Below are positions 9,305 through 19,012 of a stretch of 64,000 nucleotides of DNA, one piece after another. The notes beneath the pieces were generated by a model, which worked only from the letters and a program-made list of their open reading frames with translations, did no database searches and was not told the DNA's origin. The position numbers and the translations under genes were made by a program. Source of the stretch: a bacterium (GTDB lineage Bacteria; DRYD01); NCBI GenBank assembly GCA_039630415.1, contig JBCNVB010000018.1, positions 106,663 to 170,662 on the forward strand, given 5' to 3'. Numbering within the stretch: position 1 is the stretch's first letter; every line of letters starts with the position of its first letter.

Positions 9305-11281
9305 CTATATCTTTACCTTTAGACTTAGTTGATTAAAGTAATCTATGATTAAGTTTGAAATCTTAGTAGGAGTTAATCCATAGTATTCAAACAAAACACT
9401 AGAAGCTCCATGTTCAATAAATTCATCCTTCCATCCAATTCTCAAAACTTTTACAAATAAATTGTTATCATTTAAATACTCTAGAACACTGCTAGAAAAT
9501 CCCCCTGCAATAACATTGTCCTCCAATGTAACAATTAAATTAAAATTATTCGCTTTACTGAGAACTTCCTCATCAAGAGGTTTTATTGAAAGACAATTAT
9601 ACACTTCCATATATATGTCTTCTTTCTGAAGTGTTTGACATATTCCCTTTGCTAATTTTTTCATCCTACCAGTTGACAAGATCATTACCTTTTTTAAGCC
9701 GTTATTCTGAGATCTATATATTTGCTGCCATTTATAAAGGTCTATTTGACTGAATTCTTGAGTTTCAAGTCCCTCTACAAAGTCACGTGGATATCTTATG
9801 AAAGTAGGTTTTTTAAGTTTTTTCAGAGTTGTATAAAGTACATTTCTCAACTCTGTTTCATCGGAAGGAGCAAATATTTCTACATTAGGTATCATTCTTA
9901 CATAAGATAAATCAAATACACCATGGTGAGTAGGCCCATCTTCTCCAACTATTCCAGCTCTATCTAGAACAAACAGTATTGGTATTTTTTGAAGTGCTAC
10001 ATCATGAATTAACATATCAAAAGCTCTTTGCAAGAAAGTAGAGTATATAGCTACTACAGGTTTGTATCCACTTAAAGCCAATCCACAAGCAAAAATTACA
10101 GCGTGCTCTTCTGCTATTCCAACATCAAAAAACCTATCTGGGAAAGTTTTAGAAAAGTTTACTAACCCTGTTCCCGAAGGCATAGCAGCAGTTATTGCTA
10201 TTATCTTCTCATCCATTCTAGCTAATTCCACAATCGATTCTCCAAAAACTTCAGTATATGTCTTAGTTGGACTTTTAGTAAAGTTATCCACCTTTATTCC
10301 CTCATCAGTGCTAAAGTATATGAAATTGGAAGGTTTTATTTTACCTTTAGCCACTCCATGCATTTTTTCAGAATGACTTTCCGCTTCCTTATTCCCCTTG
10401 CCCTTCTGGGTTATAACGTGAACTAAAACAGGCTTTTGAAGAGATTTAACAAAACTAAATACTTCATCCATTAATCTTATATTATGTCCGTCTATAGGAC
10501 CTATATATTGGATCCCGAATTCCTCAAAAATAACCCCCACAATCGAATGTGACATTAGCTTATTTAAACCCTCTTCTACCCAACTCTTAGTATCTCTTAT
10601 CATTTCTTTTATCATACTATTGACAGGTATTTTATCCAGTATGTTATCTATTTTTTCCTCTACTTTGAGTATAAAAGGATTATTTCTTAATTTTTTGAGA
10701 TACATTGATATTGCTCCAACATTTCTAGATATTGAGTATTCATTATCATTAAGAACGATGATCATTTTAGTTGGGTATTGCCCCAGATTGTTTATAGCCT
10801 CGAAAGTTACACCACAGGTTAATGCAGCATCACCTATTATAGCAACCACGTTGTAGTCCTGTTTAGATATATCTCTTCCTATAGCGTATCCTAGAGCTGC
10901 TGATACACCTGTTCCCGCATGACCAGCACCATAATGATCAAAACTACTTTCCTTTATCTTCGAAAATCCAGATATTCCTCCAAAAGTTCTTAAAGTTGTG
11001 AACCTTTCCTTTCTATCAGTCAATATTTTGTATATATAAGATTGATGAGAAGTATCAAAAATGATTTTATCTTTTTCAGGGTCGAAATTTCTGAGTAAAG
11101 AAATCGTTAGCTCAACCATCCCCATATTACTACCGAAATGTCCTCCATTGTGATATATGACCTCGGTTATGTAATCCCTAATCTCTTGACATAAAATCTC
11201 TAACTGTTGGTAGTTAAAATCTTTAATATTTTGATAGTTTACGAACTTAAGGTATTTCGATTTATCAAAGCTTACAGTCAT
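9305..11281 (-). CDS. dxs: 1-deoxy-D-xylulose-5-phosphate synthase
   Basis: 658 aa. GGHFGSNMGMVELT, HQSYIYKILT, TPP-binding GDAALTCG...NDN, and IAEEHAV. Confidence 0.95.
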   Translation of the reverse strand: MTVSFDKSKYLKFVNYQNIKDFNYQQLEILCQEIRDYITEVIYHNGGHFGSNMGMVELTISLLRNFDPEKDKIIFDTSHQSYIYKILTDRKERFTTLRTFGGISGFSKIKESSFDHYGAGHAGTGVSAALGYAIGRDISKQDYNVVAIIGDAALTCGVTFEAINNLGQYPTKMIIVLNDNEYSISRNVGAISMYLKKLRNNPFILKVEEKIDNILDKIPVNSMIKEMIRDTKSWVEEGLNKLMSHSIVGVIFEEFGIQYIGPIDGHNIRLMDEVFSFVKSLQKPVLVHVITQKGKGNKEAESHSEKMHGVAKGKIKPSNFIYFSTDEGIKVDNFTKSPTKTYTEVFGESIVELARMDEKIIAITAAMPSGTGLVNFSKTFPDRFFDVGIAEEHAVIFACGLALSGYKPVVAIYSTFLQRAFDMLIHDVALQKIPILFVLDRAGIVGEDGPTHHGVFDLSYVRMIPNVEIFAPSDETELRNVLYTTLKKLKKPTFIRYPRDFVEGLETQEFSQIDLYKWQQIYRSQNNGLKKVMILSTGRMKKLAKGICQTLQKEDIYMEVYNCLSIKPLDEEVLSKANNFNLIVTLEDNVIAGGFSSSVLEYLNDNNLFVKVLRIGWKDEFIEHGASSVLFEYYGLTPTKISNLIIDYFNQLSLKVKI

Positions 11282-11357
11282 TACTTTTCACCCACTCTTA
11301 GATTTATTTACTTGTTTAATTATTTTACATTTATAAATTTATTTCCTTCCTTTATGT

Positions 11358-12041
11358 TTAATATTCAGAGATTATTTTTTTTATGAGTTTAAGAGCTGCT
11401 TGTTTCTCAGCCTCCTTTTTTGTCTTTCCATAACCTGAACTAATTTCAAAACCTTCGAAAAATATAACTACAAAAAAACCTTCTTCGTTTTTATCAATAA
11501 CCCTGTACTCTGGCATAGGCAAATTTTTCTTTTGAAGGAAACTCTGTAAAAATCCCTTCCAATCAAACATATTTTCAACTATCTGATCCATATATTTATT
11601 GAACACTTTTAAAATAACGTGATAAAAAAAATTCTTAACATTATCAATAGATCCACTATCAACATAAATTGCACCAATTAATGCTTCAACTACATCAGCA
11701 TAGGTTTTAATACTTGCAGTATTTCTTCCCAAGCTTTCATAGTTAAAAATCAGATATTCTTGTAATCCCAACTCAAAACAAACCAGATACAAAGTATAAT
11801 AGTTTATCATCAAAGTCTTGTATAAAGACAAAGTATCCTCTGAAAAACTAGGATATTTATAAAAAGCATATTCGCTAACGATATAGCTCAAAAGAGAATC
11901 CCCAAGAAATTCCAGTCTTTGATTATTTTGTTCTACACTATTGTAAACCGATTGGTGTTTGAAAACTTGTTCAAGTAGCGACTTATTTTGAAAAACATAT
12001 CCTATTCTATTCTCTATTACACTAATCTCTAGTTCTTGCAT
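11358..12041 (-). CDS. rnc: Ribonuclease III
   Basis: RNase III signature NQRLEFLGDSLL, plus a C-terminal dsRBD (GKTKKEAEKQAALKLI). Confidence 0.9.
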   Translation of the reverse strand: MQELEISVIENRIGYVFQNKSLLEQVFKHQSVYNSVEQNNQRLEFLGDSLLSYIVSEYAFYKYPSFSEDTLSLYKTLMINYYTLYLVCFELGLQEYLIFNYESLGRNTASIKTYADVVEALIGAIYVDSGSIDNVKNFFYHVILKVFNKYMDQIVENMFDWKGFLQSFLQKKNLPMPEYRVIDKNEEGFFVVIFFEGFEISSGYGKTKKEAEKQAALKLIKKIISEY

Positions 12042-12047
12042 ATTTTT

Positions 12048-12879
12048 CTACAATCTTTCTAGTTCTTGCTCAATATTTTGAAGTACTCTTGCAGAATTTT
12101 TTAGTTGTTGTATAAAAAACTCCTTATTTTTATGAATAGATAAAAAAGCAAAAGCACCTAAAACTTGAACTAACCTCTGGACTTTATAGTATCTATAAAA
12201 TCTCGACAATCTGTTAACTTCAGGATAACTTTTAAAATAAAAGTCCATAATCTTATACTTAACACATTCTGGTAAATCAACATAAGGATCCTCAACTAAC
12301 GAACTTAAATCATACATAAAATTACCTACCATTATACCCTGAAAATCAATAAAGTAAGGTTTCTTCCTATAAAAAATTATGTTAGTAGATTGTAAATCAC
12401 GATGTATCAAATTCTTGTGAACTCTGTACAAATTATAACAGTTATTTACAACAATTTGATAAAATCTGATCCACCTACTTATGTTCTTCTTACCCAAATA
12501 GTTTAGTAAGTAGTTTTCAATAAAATATTTCCACTCCCAATTTAAGACATCTAACCCCAAATGCCTAAAATCATGCGGATAATACTTATTAATTTTGTGA
12601 AGCTTTATAATTTGCAAAACAACAGAAAAATATTTACCAACGAGCCAATTGTATGATCTTTTATTATTTTTGATTGTTTGATATAAATTTTTACCCAGAT
12701 TTTTAATAATAGCAAAATTTGGAAAAACCTTATATATTTTTGGTACATTTATTCCACTCTGATTTAAGAATCTGCAAGTTTCGATATACTTTTGAAGACT
12801 ATTTGTATGATCTACAAGTATTATTTTTTTTTTGAAGAGCTATAAAGTATCTATCACTACCGCTATTGATTATTCTCAT
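12048..12879 (-). pseudogene. AmgK/APH-family phosphotransferase (kinase) gene interrupted by a frameshift at an A10 run
   Basis: The ATG at 12879 opens MRIINSGSDRYFIALQKK and stops shortly after the A10 run (T10 on the plus strand, 12824-12833). An adjacent frame reads IILVDHTNSLQKYIETCRFLNQSGINVPKIY... with no stop, straight into ORF 12048-12617. That ORF carries IHRDLQSTN and IDFQG. Confidence 0.6.
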
Positions 12880-12883
12880 GTTT

Positions 12884-14173
12884 TTATCTGATAATTTTGG
12901 AAGGCAAAATAAATACCGGTAAGTAGAGTGCTAATAAGATAAAGAATACAAATCCTCCTACAATCACTATAAGAGTAGGTTCAATCAATCTCATTGCTCT
13001 TTCTATTGTTACTTCCATTTGGGTCGAGTAGTACCTATCTGCTTCACTTAGCATTTTGTATATAGTTCCACTTCTTTCACCTGTTATTAGCATCTGTTCA
13101 ACGATAGGTTCAAAAAATTTTGTATTAATTAAACTATCACTAAGCTTTTTACCTTGTTCAATGCTAGATATTACTTCTTTTATTTTCTGACTAAAAAGCG
13201 AACTAGTAGTTGCTGCAGAAGACATCTCTAAAGAAGATATTATTGATATACCATTAGTTAAAGTTGTATGTAATGCTTTGAAAAAAATAGAACAGTAATA
13301 ATACTTGATAATATTCGAAATCACAGGAATTTTAAGTAGAATATACTCGAGATTTTTTCTCAAATCTACGTTTTTCCACATGTAAAACAAAATACCAAAA
13401 ATACTAAATTTCAACATATACAACATAAAACCCATATTGATAGTAAAACCTAAAATTTTGAGATTGGAAGTATATAAGTCTGATGCTTTTATTACCATAA
13501 CTGTAATAAGGGGTAAATCTTTGTAAATTTTTTCAAGACCTATCATTTGTACAAAAATTTGTTTAAATTTGGGTACAACAAAGAACATAGCAAGTGCCCA
13601 AACTAACAAAACAGCGAATATCACAAACAGAGGATAAATCATAACGTTAATTAATCTATTCTTAATATTGATAAAGTAATTGTAATAATCTGCCAAACTT
13701 TGGAAAATTTTATCCAAATTACCAGAAACTTCACCAACTTTAATCATATTAATAAAAAAACTACCAAAATAGCTTTCATACTTTGAAAAAGCTCTATAAA
13801 AACTAACACCACTCTGAATATCTAATGATATATTTTCAAATATTTTTCTCAAATATGGATTCTTTATTGTTCTTATAAATATGTTCAACATTGAATTGAC
13901 AGGTAATCCTGCGTGAAACATTTGACTGAATTGAGTTGATATAAATGCTAAACTAGATAAATCAGCTTTCTTATATTTGGCTAAAGATATTTCCTTAATG
14001 AAAAGCTCTCTATTTATAGAAACCAAAGCCTGAACATCTGGATTAGCTATAACTTTCTGCATAGCTTCTTCTGCATCCTTTGCCTCTACTACTACATGCC
14101 TGATTTGATTCAAACTATCCAAGTACTCAACCTTATATTTCACCCTACTCATCAAATATCCATTTATATACAC
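12884..14173 (-). CDS. Type II secretion system F / type IV pilus PilC-family inner-membrane platform protein
   Basis: 429 aa with two T2SSF repeats (FSQMFHAGLPVNSML...VGEVSGNLD and FFKALHTTLTNGISI...TGERSGTIYKML) and 3 TM segments. An alternative start lies at Met8 (14152). Confidence 0.8.
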   Translation of the reverse strand: MYINGYLMSRVKYKVEYLDSLNQIRHVVVEAKDAEEAMQKVIANPDVQALVSINRELFIKEISLAKYKKADLSSLAFISTQFSQMFHAGLPVNSMLNIFIRTIKNPYLRKIFENISLDIQSGVSFYRAFSKYESYFGSFFINMIKVGEVSGNLDKIFQSLADYYNYFINIKNRLINVMIYPLFVIFAVLLVWALAMFFVVPKFKQIFVQMIGLEKIYKDLPLITVMVIKASDLYTSNLKILGFTINMGFMLYMLKFSIFGILFYMWKNVDLRKNLEYILLKIPVISNIIKYYYCSIFFKALHTTLTNGISIISSLEMSSAATTSSLFSQKIKEVISSIEQGKKLSDSLINTKFFEPIVEQMLITGERSGTIYKMLSEADRYYSTQMEVTIERAMRLIEPTLIVIVGGFVFFILLALYLPVFILPSKIIR

Positions 14174-14238
14174 CGAAACTAAAATCCTTCAAACAAAGCC
14201 ACCAAAAATAAAAAATAAAGGGAATAATAAACTCTAGC

Positions 14239-15546
14239 TTGAATAGTAATTATGTGAGATTTAGTACATATTACCTCGGATGTAGAGTAAATCAAGCAGA
14301 AATAGAATCATTTGAAGATAAATTAACCAAACTGGGATTAGAACACTCAAAAGATGGAAAATCTGACATAATTATCTTTAACACTTGCTCAGTAACTCAC
14401 AAAGCAGAAAAAGAATCCTACAGATTAATAAGAAAACTCTTTTCTCTTAATCCAGAGGCCAAATTCTTCATAACCGGATGTATAGTTCCCTTAAACAAAG
14501 CACTCATAGATCAAGTAAAACAAAAAATACTACCCCAAGAGTTATTAGACAAATCAGATAACCTTTATATTATACCCTCTACCCAAAAAGAAAGGATAAT
14601 TCAAATTATTCAAGAGGAAATACTCCAAAGTGTTCAAGAAATAAATAGCTCAATTAAACCAAGAGTTAAGTACTATATCAAAGTTCAAGATGGTTGTAAT
14701 CACTTCTGTACCTTCTGTATAATCCCATATACCCGAGGAAGAAGTAGAAGCAAACCACCTGAACAAGTAATACAAGAAATAAATTCTATAAGAGAAATAC
14801 TAATAAAACATCCAGATCAGGGAGCAGAAATAACCCTAACGGGTATATGTCTAGGAGAATATGGACTAGATATAAACACTTCTCTAGCCAAACTTCTTAA
14901 AAAAATATTACCTTATGTACCTGATAATGCCAAAATAAGACTTAGTTCCATGGATTTAATTACACTCGATCAAGAAATAATAGAAGTTCTGTCCTCAAGT
15001 AACAAGATATGTAAATATCTTCATCTTTCACTTCAAAGCGGTAGCAATCGTATCCTTAAACTAATGAGAAGAAACTATACAATAGAACAATACTTAGAAA
15101 TTATAGATAAGCTATACAAATCCATTCCAGATCTAGGAATAACAACCGACATAATAGTAGGTTTCCCAACCGAAACAGAACAAGATTTCCAAGAAACATT
15201 ACAAGCAGTCAAAAAAGCAAATTTCCATAGAATTCATATATTCCCATTCTCTTTTAGACCATACACTTATGCCTATCAAAAAATGAGACATATAAAAATT
15301 GATTATCAGCAAGTTAAAGAATATGAAAAAATTCTACACCAAATAAGTCTACAACAAAGTAAAGCATTCATAAACCATAGAATAAATAACGAATACGAAG
15401 TTCTACTAGAAGGCAATGGTTATGGATACACCCATAACTTCATAAGAGTTAAAACACCTTACAAGAATGTACAATCTTTTAAAAAAGTAAGAATAACAGG
15501 TATAGAGGAGGAAAAAGGCAATTTCGCAGTTGCCTTAGCAGTATGA
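14239..15546 (+). CDS. mtaB: Radical-SAM methylthiotransferase, MtaB-like (MiaB/RimO family)
   Basis: UPF0004 N-domain YYLGCRVNQAE, radical SAM CNHFCTFCIIPYTRGRSRS, and a C-terminal TRAM-like domain. The start is uncertain (TTG 14239 or GTG 14254). Confidence 0.75.
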   Translation: MNSNYVRFSTYYLGCRVNQAEIESFEDKLTKLGLEHSKDGKSDIIIFNTCSVTHKAEKESYRLIRKLFSLNPEAKFFITGCIVPLNKALIDQVKQKILPQELLDKSDNLYIIPSTQKERIIQIIQEEILQSVQEINSSIKPRVKYYIKVQDGCNHFCTFCIIPYTRGRSRSKPPEQVIQEINSIREILIKHPDQGAEITLTGICLGEYGLDINTSLAKLLKKILPYVPDNAKIRLSSMDLITLDQEIIEVLSSSNKICKYLHLSLQSGSNRILKLMRRNYTIEQYLEIIDKLYKSIPDLGITTDIIVGFPTETEQDFQETLQAVKKANFHRIHIFPFSFRPYTYAYQKMRHIKIDYQQVKEYEKILHQISLQQSKAFINHRINNEYEVLLEGNGYGYTHNFIRVKTPYKNVQSFKKVRITGIEEEKGNFAVALAV

Positions 15547-16538
15547 CCATCCTAATCACTGGAGGAGCAGGATACATAGGAAGCTGCACAACACTCAAAA
15601 TACTTCAAACCCTCGACACAAAATGTATCGTAGTAGACAAACAAGAAACTTCTAACCTTCAAAAACTTTTAATCTCATTCCCAAACAAAATAGTATTTTA
15701 TAAATTAAACATGTGTGATTTAACAAGCTTAGAGGAAGTGTTTAAAAACTACAAAATAAAATCAATTATCCACTTCGCAGCTTACACAATAGTTTCAGAA
15801 TCAGAAAAACAAGTTTACGAATATCTTTCAAATAACATAAATTCAACCCTCAACCTAGTAGAACTAATGGTTAAGTACAACGTAGAAAACCTTATATTTT
15901 CATCAAGTGCCAGTGTTTATGGTAATGCAAAATATGTACCAATAGATGAAGAACATCCCACAGAACCTCAATCAACATACGCCTTATCCAAAAAAATATG
16001 TGAACAAATAATACAAAAATACTCATCTAAAGGAATAAAGTTCATAACTCTAAGGTACTTCAATCCAGCAGGATGTATAGAAAACTTAGGAGAAGAACAT
16101 GACCCAGAAACACACCTCATACCTATACTTATCAAGTCAATCCTAGAAGGCAAAACATTCAAAATATTCGGTAATAACTTTCCAACTAAAGATGGAACTT
16201 GTATTAGAGACTTTATCCATATAGAAGACTTGGTAAATGCACATATCATATCATTGGAAAAATTAATCAACAACGAAAAAATAAACGAAATCTACAATGT
16301 AGGAATAAACAAAGGATATTCCGTTATGGATGTACTCAATAAATCACTTGAAATATTGAAAAAAGATACAAATAAGAATTTCAATTTTATATTTTCTGAA
16401 CCTAGAGAAGGAGACGTACCAATCCTAGTAGCCAATTCAAACAAAATACAAAAACATTTAGGCTTTAAACCTAGATACGACTTAGAAGATATCATCTATA
16501 GCGTATGGAAATACGAAAAACAAAAAATATCGATATAA
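15543..16538 (+). CDS. galE: UDP-glucose 4-epimerase
   Basis: ILITGGAGYIGS Rossmann fold, SSSASVYG, catalytic YALSK, and RYFNPAG. 331 aa. Confidence 0.85.
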   Translation: MTILITGGAGYIGSCTTLKILQTLDTKCIVVDKQETSNLQKLLISFPNKIVFYKLNMCDLTSLEEVFKNYKIKSIIHFAAYTIVSESEKQVYEYLSNNINSTLNLVELMVKYNVENLIFSSSASVYGNAKYVPIDEEHPTEPQSTYALSKKICEQIIQKYSSKGIKFITLRYFNPAGCIENLGEEHDPETHLIPILIKSILEGKTFKIFGNNFPTKDGTCIRDFIHIEDLVNAHIISLEKLINNEKINEIYNVGINKGYSVMDVLNKSLEILKKDTNKNFNFIFSEPREGDVPILVANSNKIQKHLGFKPRYDLEDIIYSVWKYEKQKISI

Positions 16539-16939
16539 GTATAGGAACAGACATAATAAATAATCAAAGAATAAAAAAACATATAAACGATCCTAAATTT
16601 ATTCAGCGAATTCTAGGTGATAAAGAAATACAAATATTTTCCAAATTTACAAATGAACGAAGAAAAATCGAGTTCTTAGCAGCAAGATTCTCAGCAAAAG
16701 AGTCCATCACAAAAGCACTCAAATTTAAACCAGTATTCAATAAAATTAATATACTCACAGATTCATCAATACTAATACAACCTGAATACCTCTCCCAAAT
16801 TAAAAAAAATCTAAACTTTAAAAATCTACAAATCAAAGTAAGCATAAGCCATGAAAAAGAATACACTATATCCAACTGCATAATACTATACACTAAAAAT
16901 AAACATCCAAAAAATGAAAAGTGCTCTAAAACTACATAG
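16505..16939 (+). CDS. acpS: Holo-[acyl-carrier-protein] synthase (4'-phosphopantetheinyl transferase)
   Basis: IGTDIINNQRI, FLAARFSAKESITKAL and ISISHEKEYTISNCII align by eye with AcpS. The start is uncertain because the ORF overlaps galE by 34 nt. Confidence 0.8.
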   Translation: MEIRKTKNIDISIGTDIINNQRIKKHINDPKFIQRILGDKEIQIFSKFTNERRKIEFLAARFSAKESITKALKFKPVFNKINILTDSSILIQPEYLSQIKKNLNFKNLQIKVSISHEKEYTISNCIILYTKNKHPKNEKCSKTT

Positions 16940-18239
16940 CATAGTTCAAAATATAGAAAATCAAATTGAGCAAAGAAAAGTAAAAATTGCCATAATAGGA
17001 CTTGGTTATGTAGGACTACCACTACTTATTAATTTCTCCCGAAAAAACTTTCACGTCATAGGATTCGATATAGATAAATCCAAAATTAAAAAACTAAAAA
17101 ATAAACAAAGCTACATAAAACATATACCTTCCGAACTTTTACAAACCTTGAATTACGAAGTTACATACAATTTTTCCAAACTCAAAGAAGTAGATTTTAT
17201 AATAATAGCTGTTCCCACTCCACTAGATAAGAATAGAAATCCAGATATGTCTTTTGTTTTCAATACATCCAAAACTATAGCTCGATACTTAAAAAAGTAT
17301 CAAACAGTAATTCTCGAATCAACAACATATCCAGGTACTACAGAAGAAGATCTAAAAAACATTTTAGAGCAAAGTAATCTAAAAGCGGGAAAAGATTTCT
17401 TTTTAGGCTTCTCTCCAGAAAGAGAAGATCCAGGAAATAAGGAGTTTTCCTTTGAAAATATCCCCAAAGTAGTAAGCGGATATAGTCCTTATTGCAGAAA
17501 ATTAATAAAGAAATTGTATGAACAGGTTGTAAATAAAGTAGTAGTAGCTTCTTCTCCTAAAGTAGCCGAAGCAGCAAAACTACTTGAAAACATATACAGA
17601 TCCGTAAACATCGCATTAGTTAACGAGATGAAAATTGTTTTAGATAAAATGGGTATAGACATATGGGAAGTTATAGAAATAGCCAAAACTAAACCATTTG
17701 GTTTTCATCCGTTTTATCCAGGTCCCGGATTAGGAGGTCACTGTATCCCTATAGACCCCTTCTACCTGACTTGGAAAGCTAAAGAATACGACGTTAACAC
17801 TAAGTTCATAGAGCTAGCAGGAGAAATAAACACCTATATGCCCTACTTCGTCATAAATAAAGCTATCGAAGCATTGAACAAAAATAATAAGAGCATTTTT
17901 AAAAGTAAAGTACTCATTCTTGGAGTAGCTTACAAAAAAGATGTTGATGATGCAAGGGAATCACCTGCCCTTAAAGTAATTGATATTTTAATTAACAAAT
18001 ATCAATCAAAAGTAGATTACCACGATCCTTACATACCTGAACTAAAAGAGTTCAGGAAGTATAAATTTAATCATAAATCAATTAAGTTAACCGCAGATAA
18101 TCTAAAAAAGTATGACCTGGTAATATTAATTACTGATCATTCAGTATACGACCCAGATTTTATTGCTCAAAACTCTAAGTTAGTTATAGATACTAGAAAT
18201 TTCATTAAAAAACCCCATACCAATGTTATAAAAGCTTAA
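16914..18239 (+). CDS. Nucleotide-sugar dehydrogenase (UDP-GlcNAc/UDP-ManNAc 6-dehydrogenase-like, WbpA/WecC/TviB family)
   Basis: KIAIIGLGYVGLPL, the catalytic region GPGLGGHCIPIDPFYL, and C-terminal LGVAYKKDVDDARESPA. Confidence 0.85.
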   Translation: MKSALKLHSIVQNIENQIEQRKVKIAIIGLGYVGLPLLINFSRKNFHVIGFDIDKSKIKKLKNKQSYIKHIPSELLQTLNYEVTYNFSKLKEVDFIIIAVPTPLDKNRNPDMSFVFNTSKTIARYLKKYQTVILESTTYPGTTEEDLKNILEQSNLKAGKDFFLGFSPEREDPGNKEFSFENIPKVVSGYSPYCRKLIKKLYEQVVNKVVVASSPKVAEAAKLLENIYRSVNIALVNEMKIVLDKMGIDIWEVIEIAKTKPFGFHPFYPGPGLGGHCIPIDPFYLTWKAKEYDVNTKFIELAGEINTYMPYFVINKAIEALNKNNKSIFKSKVLILGVAYKKDVDDARESPALKVIDILINKYQSKVDYHDPYIPELKEFRKYKFNHKSIKLTADNLKKYDLVILITDHSVYDPDFIAQNSKLVIDTRNFIKKPHTNVIKA

Positions 18240-19012
18240 TTGTAAACCGCTTCGTATAAAACCAGTGGATATCCAGGAGCAATATATTTTCCCTTTCGAG
18301 GATCAGGATTTTCTATACTATCTTTCACATATTCTAAATCAACTTTTCCTTCTATAAAAGCTATCAACATACCTACTATTTTTCTTATCATATTCCTTAA
18401 AAAATACTCACTTTTAAACTCTAATGTTATCACTACAAACTCAGGAAATTTATGAGTATAGTAATTGCTCTGTAAGTTTAATACGGTATTCTTGTTTATG
18501 CCTTTTTCTGGTTTGTAGTAACTAGCATAATTTGCCTTTTGATTAAACAGTACAATAAAGCTATTAAGTTTTGAAATTAATAATTGATAATCATAGCCTT
18601 GTATTGCTAAAAAATTTTTTAGTCCATACTTTTCTTCGACAAATTTTGGATCATCGTATAGAACTATTTTGTAGATATAACTCTTGTATTTTACGTTATA
18701 TCTACTATTAAATGATAAATCCACTTTCCTTAGGTCAAGACAGTATATTTCAAAAGGTAGATTGGTATTTAAAATTTTCAGGAACTCCTGTGTGTTTTGA
18801 ATTGTTTTATCTGTCTGGAAGTTGAAGTATTGAAAAAGTGCACTTACTCCTTTATCTGTTCTACCTGTATAACTACATCTGTGTACTTGTAATTTTAGTT
18901 CTGAAAGAGTATCTACTATCTTTTGTTGAATAGTATTATATAAGTACTTTTGTTTCTGCCAACCAAAATATTCAAAACCCACGTAGGATAAGATTAGAAG
19001 ATAGTTATTCAA
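18236..19012 (-). CDS. truA: tRNA pseudouridine(38-40) synthase
   Basis: GWQKQ and the catalytic GRTDKGVSA, then FLRNMIRKIVG. 258 aa. Confidence 0.9.
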   Translation of the reverse strand: MNNYLLILSYVGFEYFGWQKQKYLYNTIQQKIVDTLSELKLQVHRCSYTGRTDKGVSALFQYFNFQTDKTIQNTQEFLKILNTNLPFEIYCLDLRKVDLSFNSRYNVKYKSYIYKIVLYDDPKFVEEKYGLKNFLAIQGYDYQLLISKLNSFIVLFNQKANYASYYKPEKGINKNTVLNLQSNYYTHKFPEFVVITLEFKSEYFLRNMIRKIVGMLIAFIEGKVDLEYVKDSIENPDPRKGKYIAPGYPLVLYEAVYN

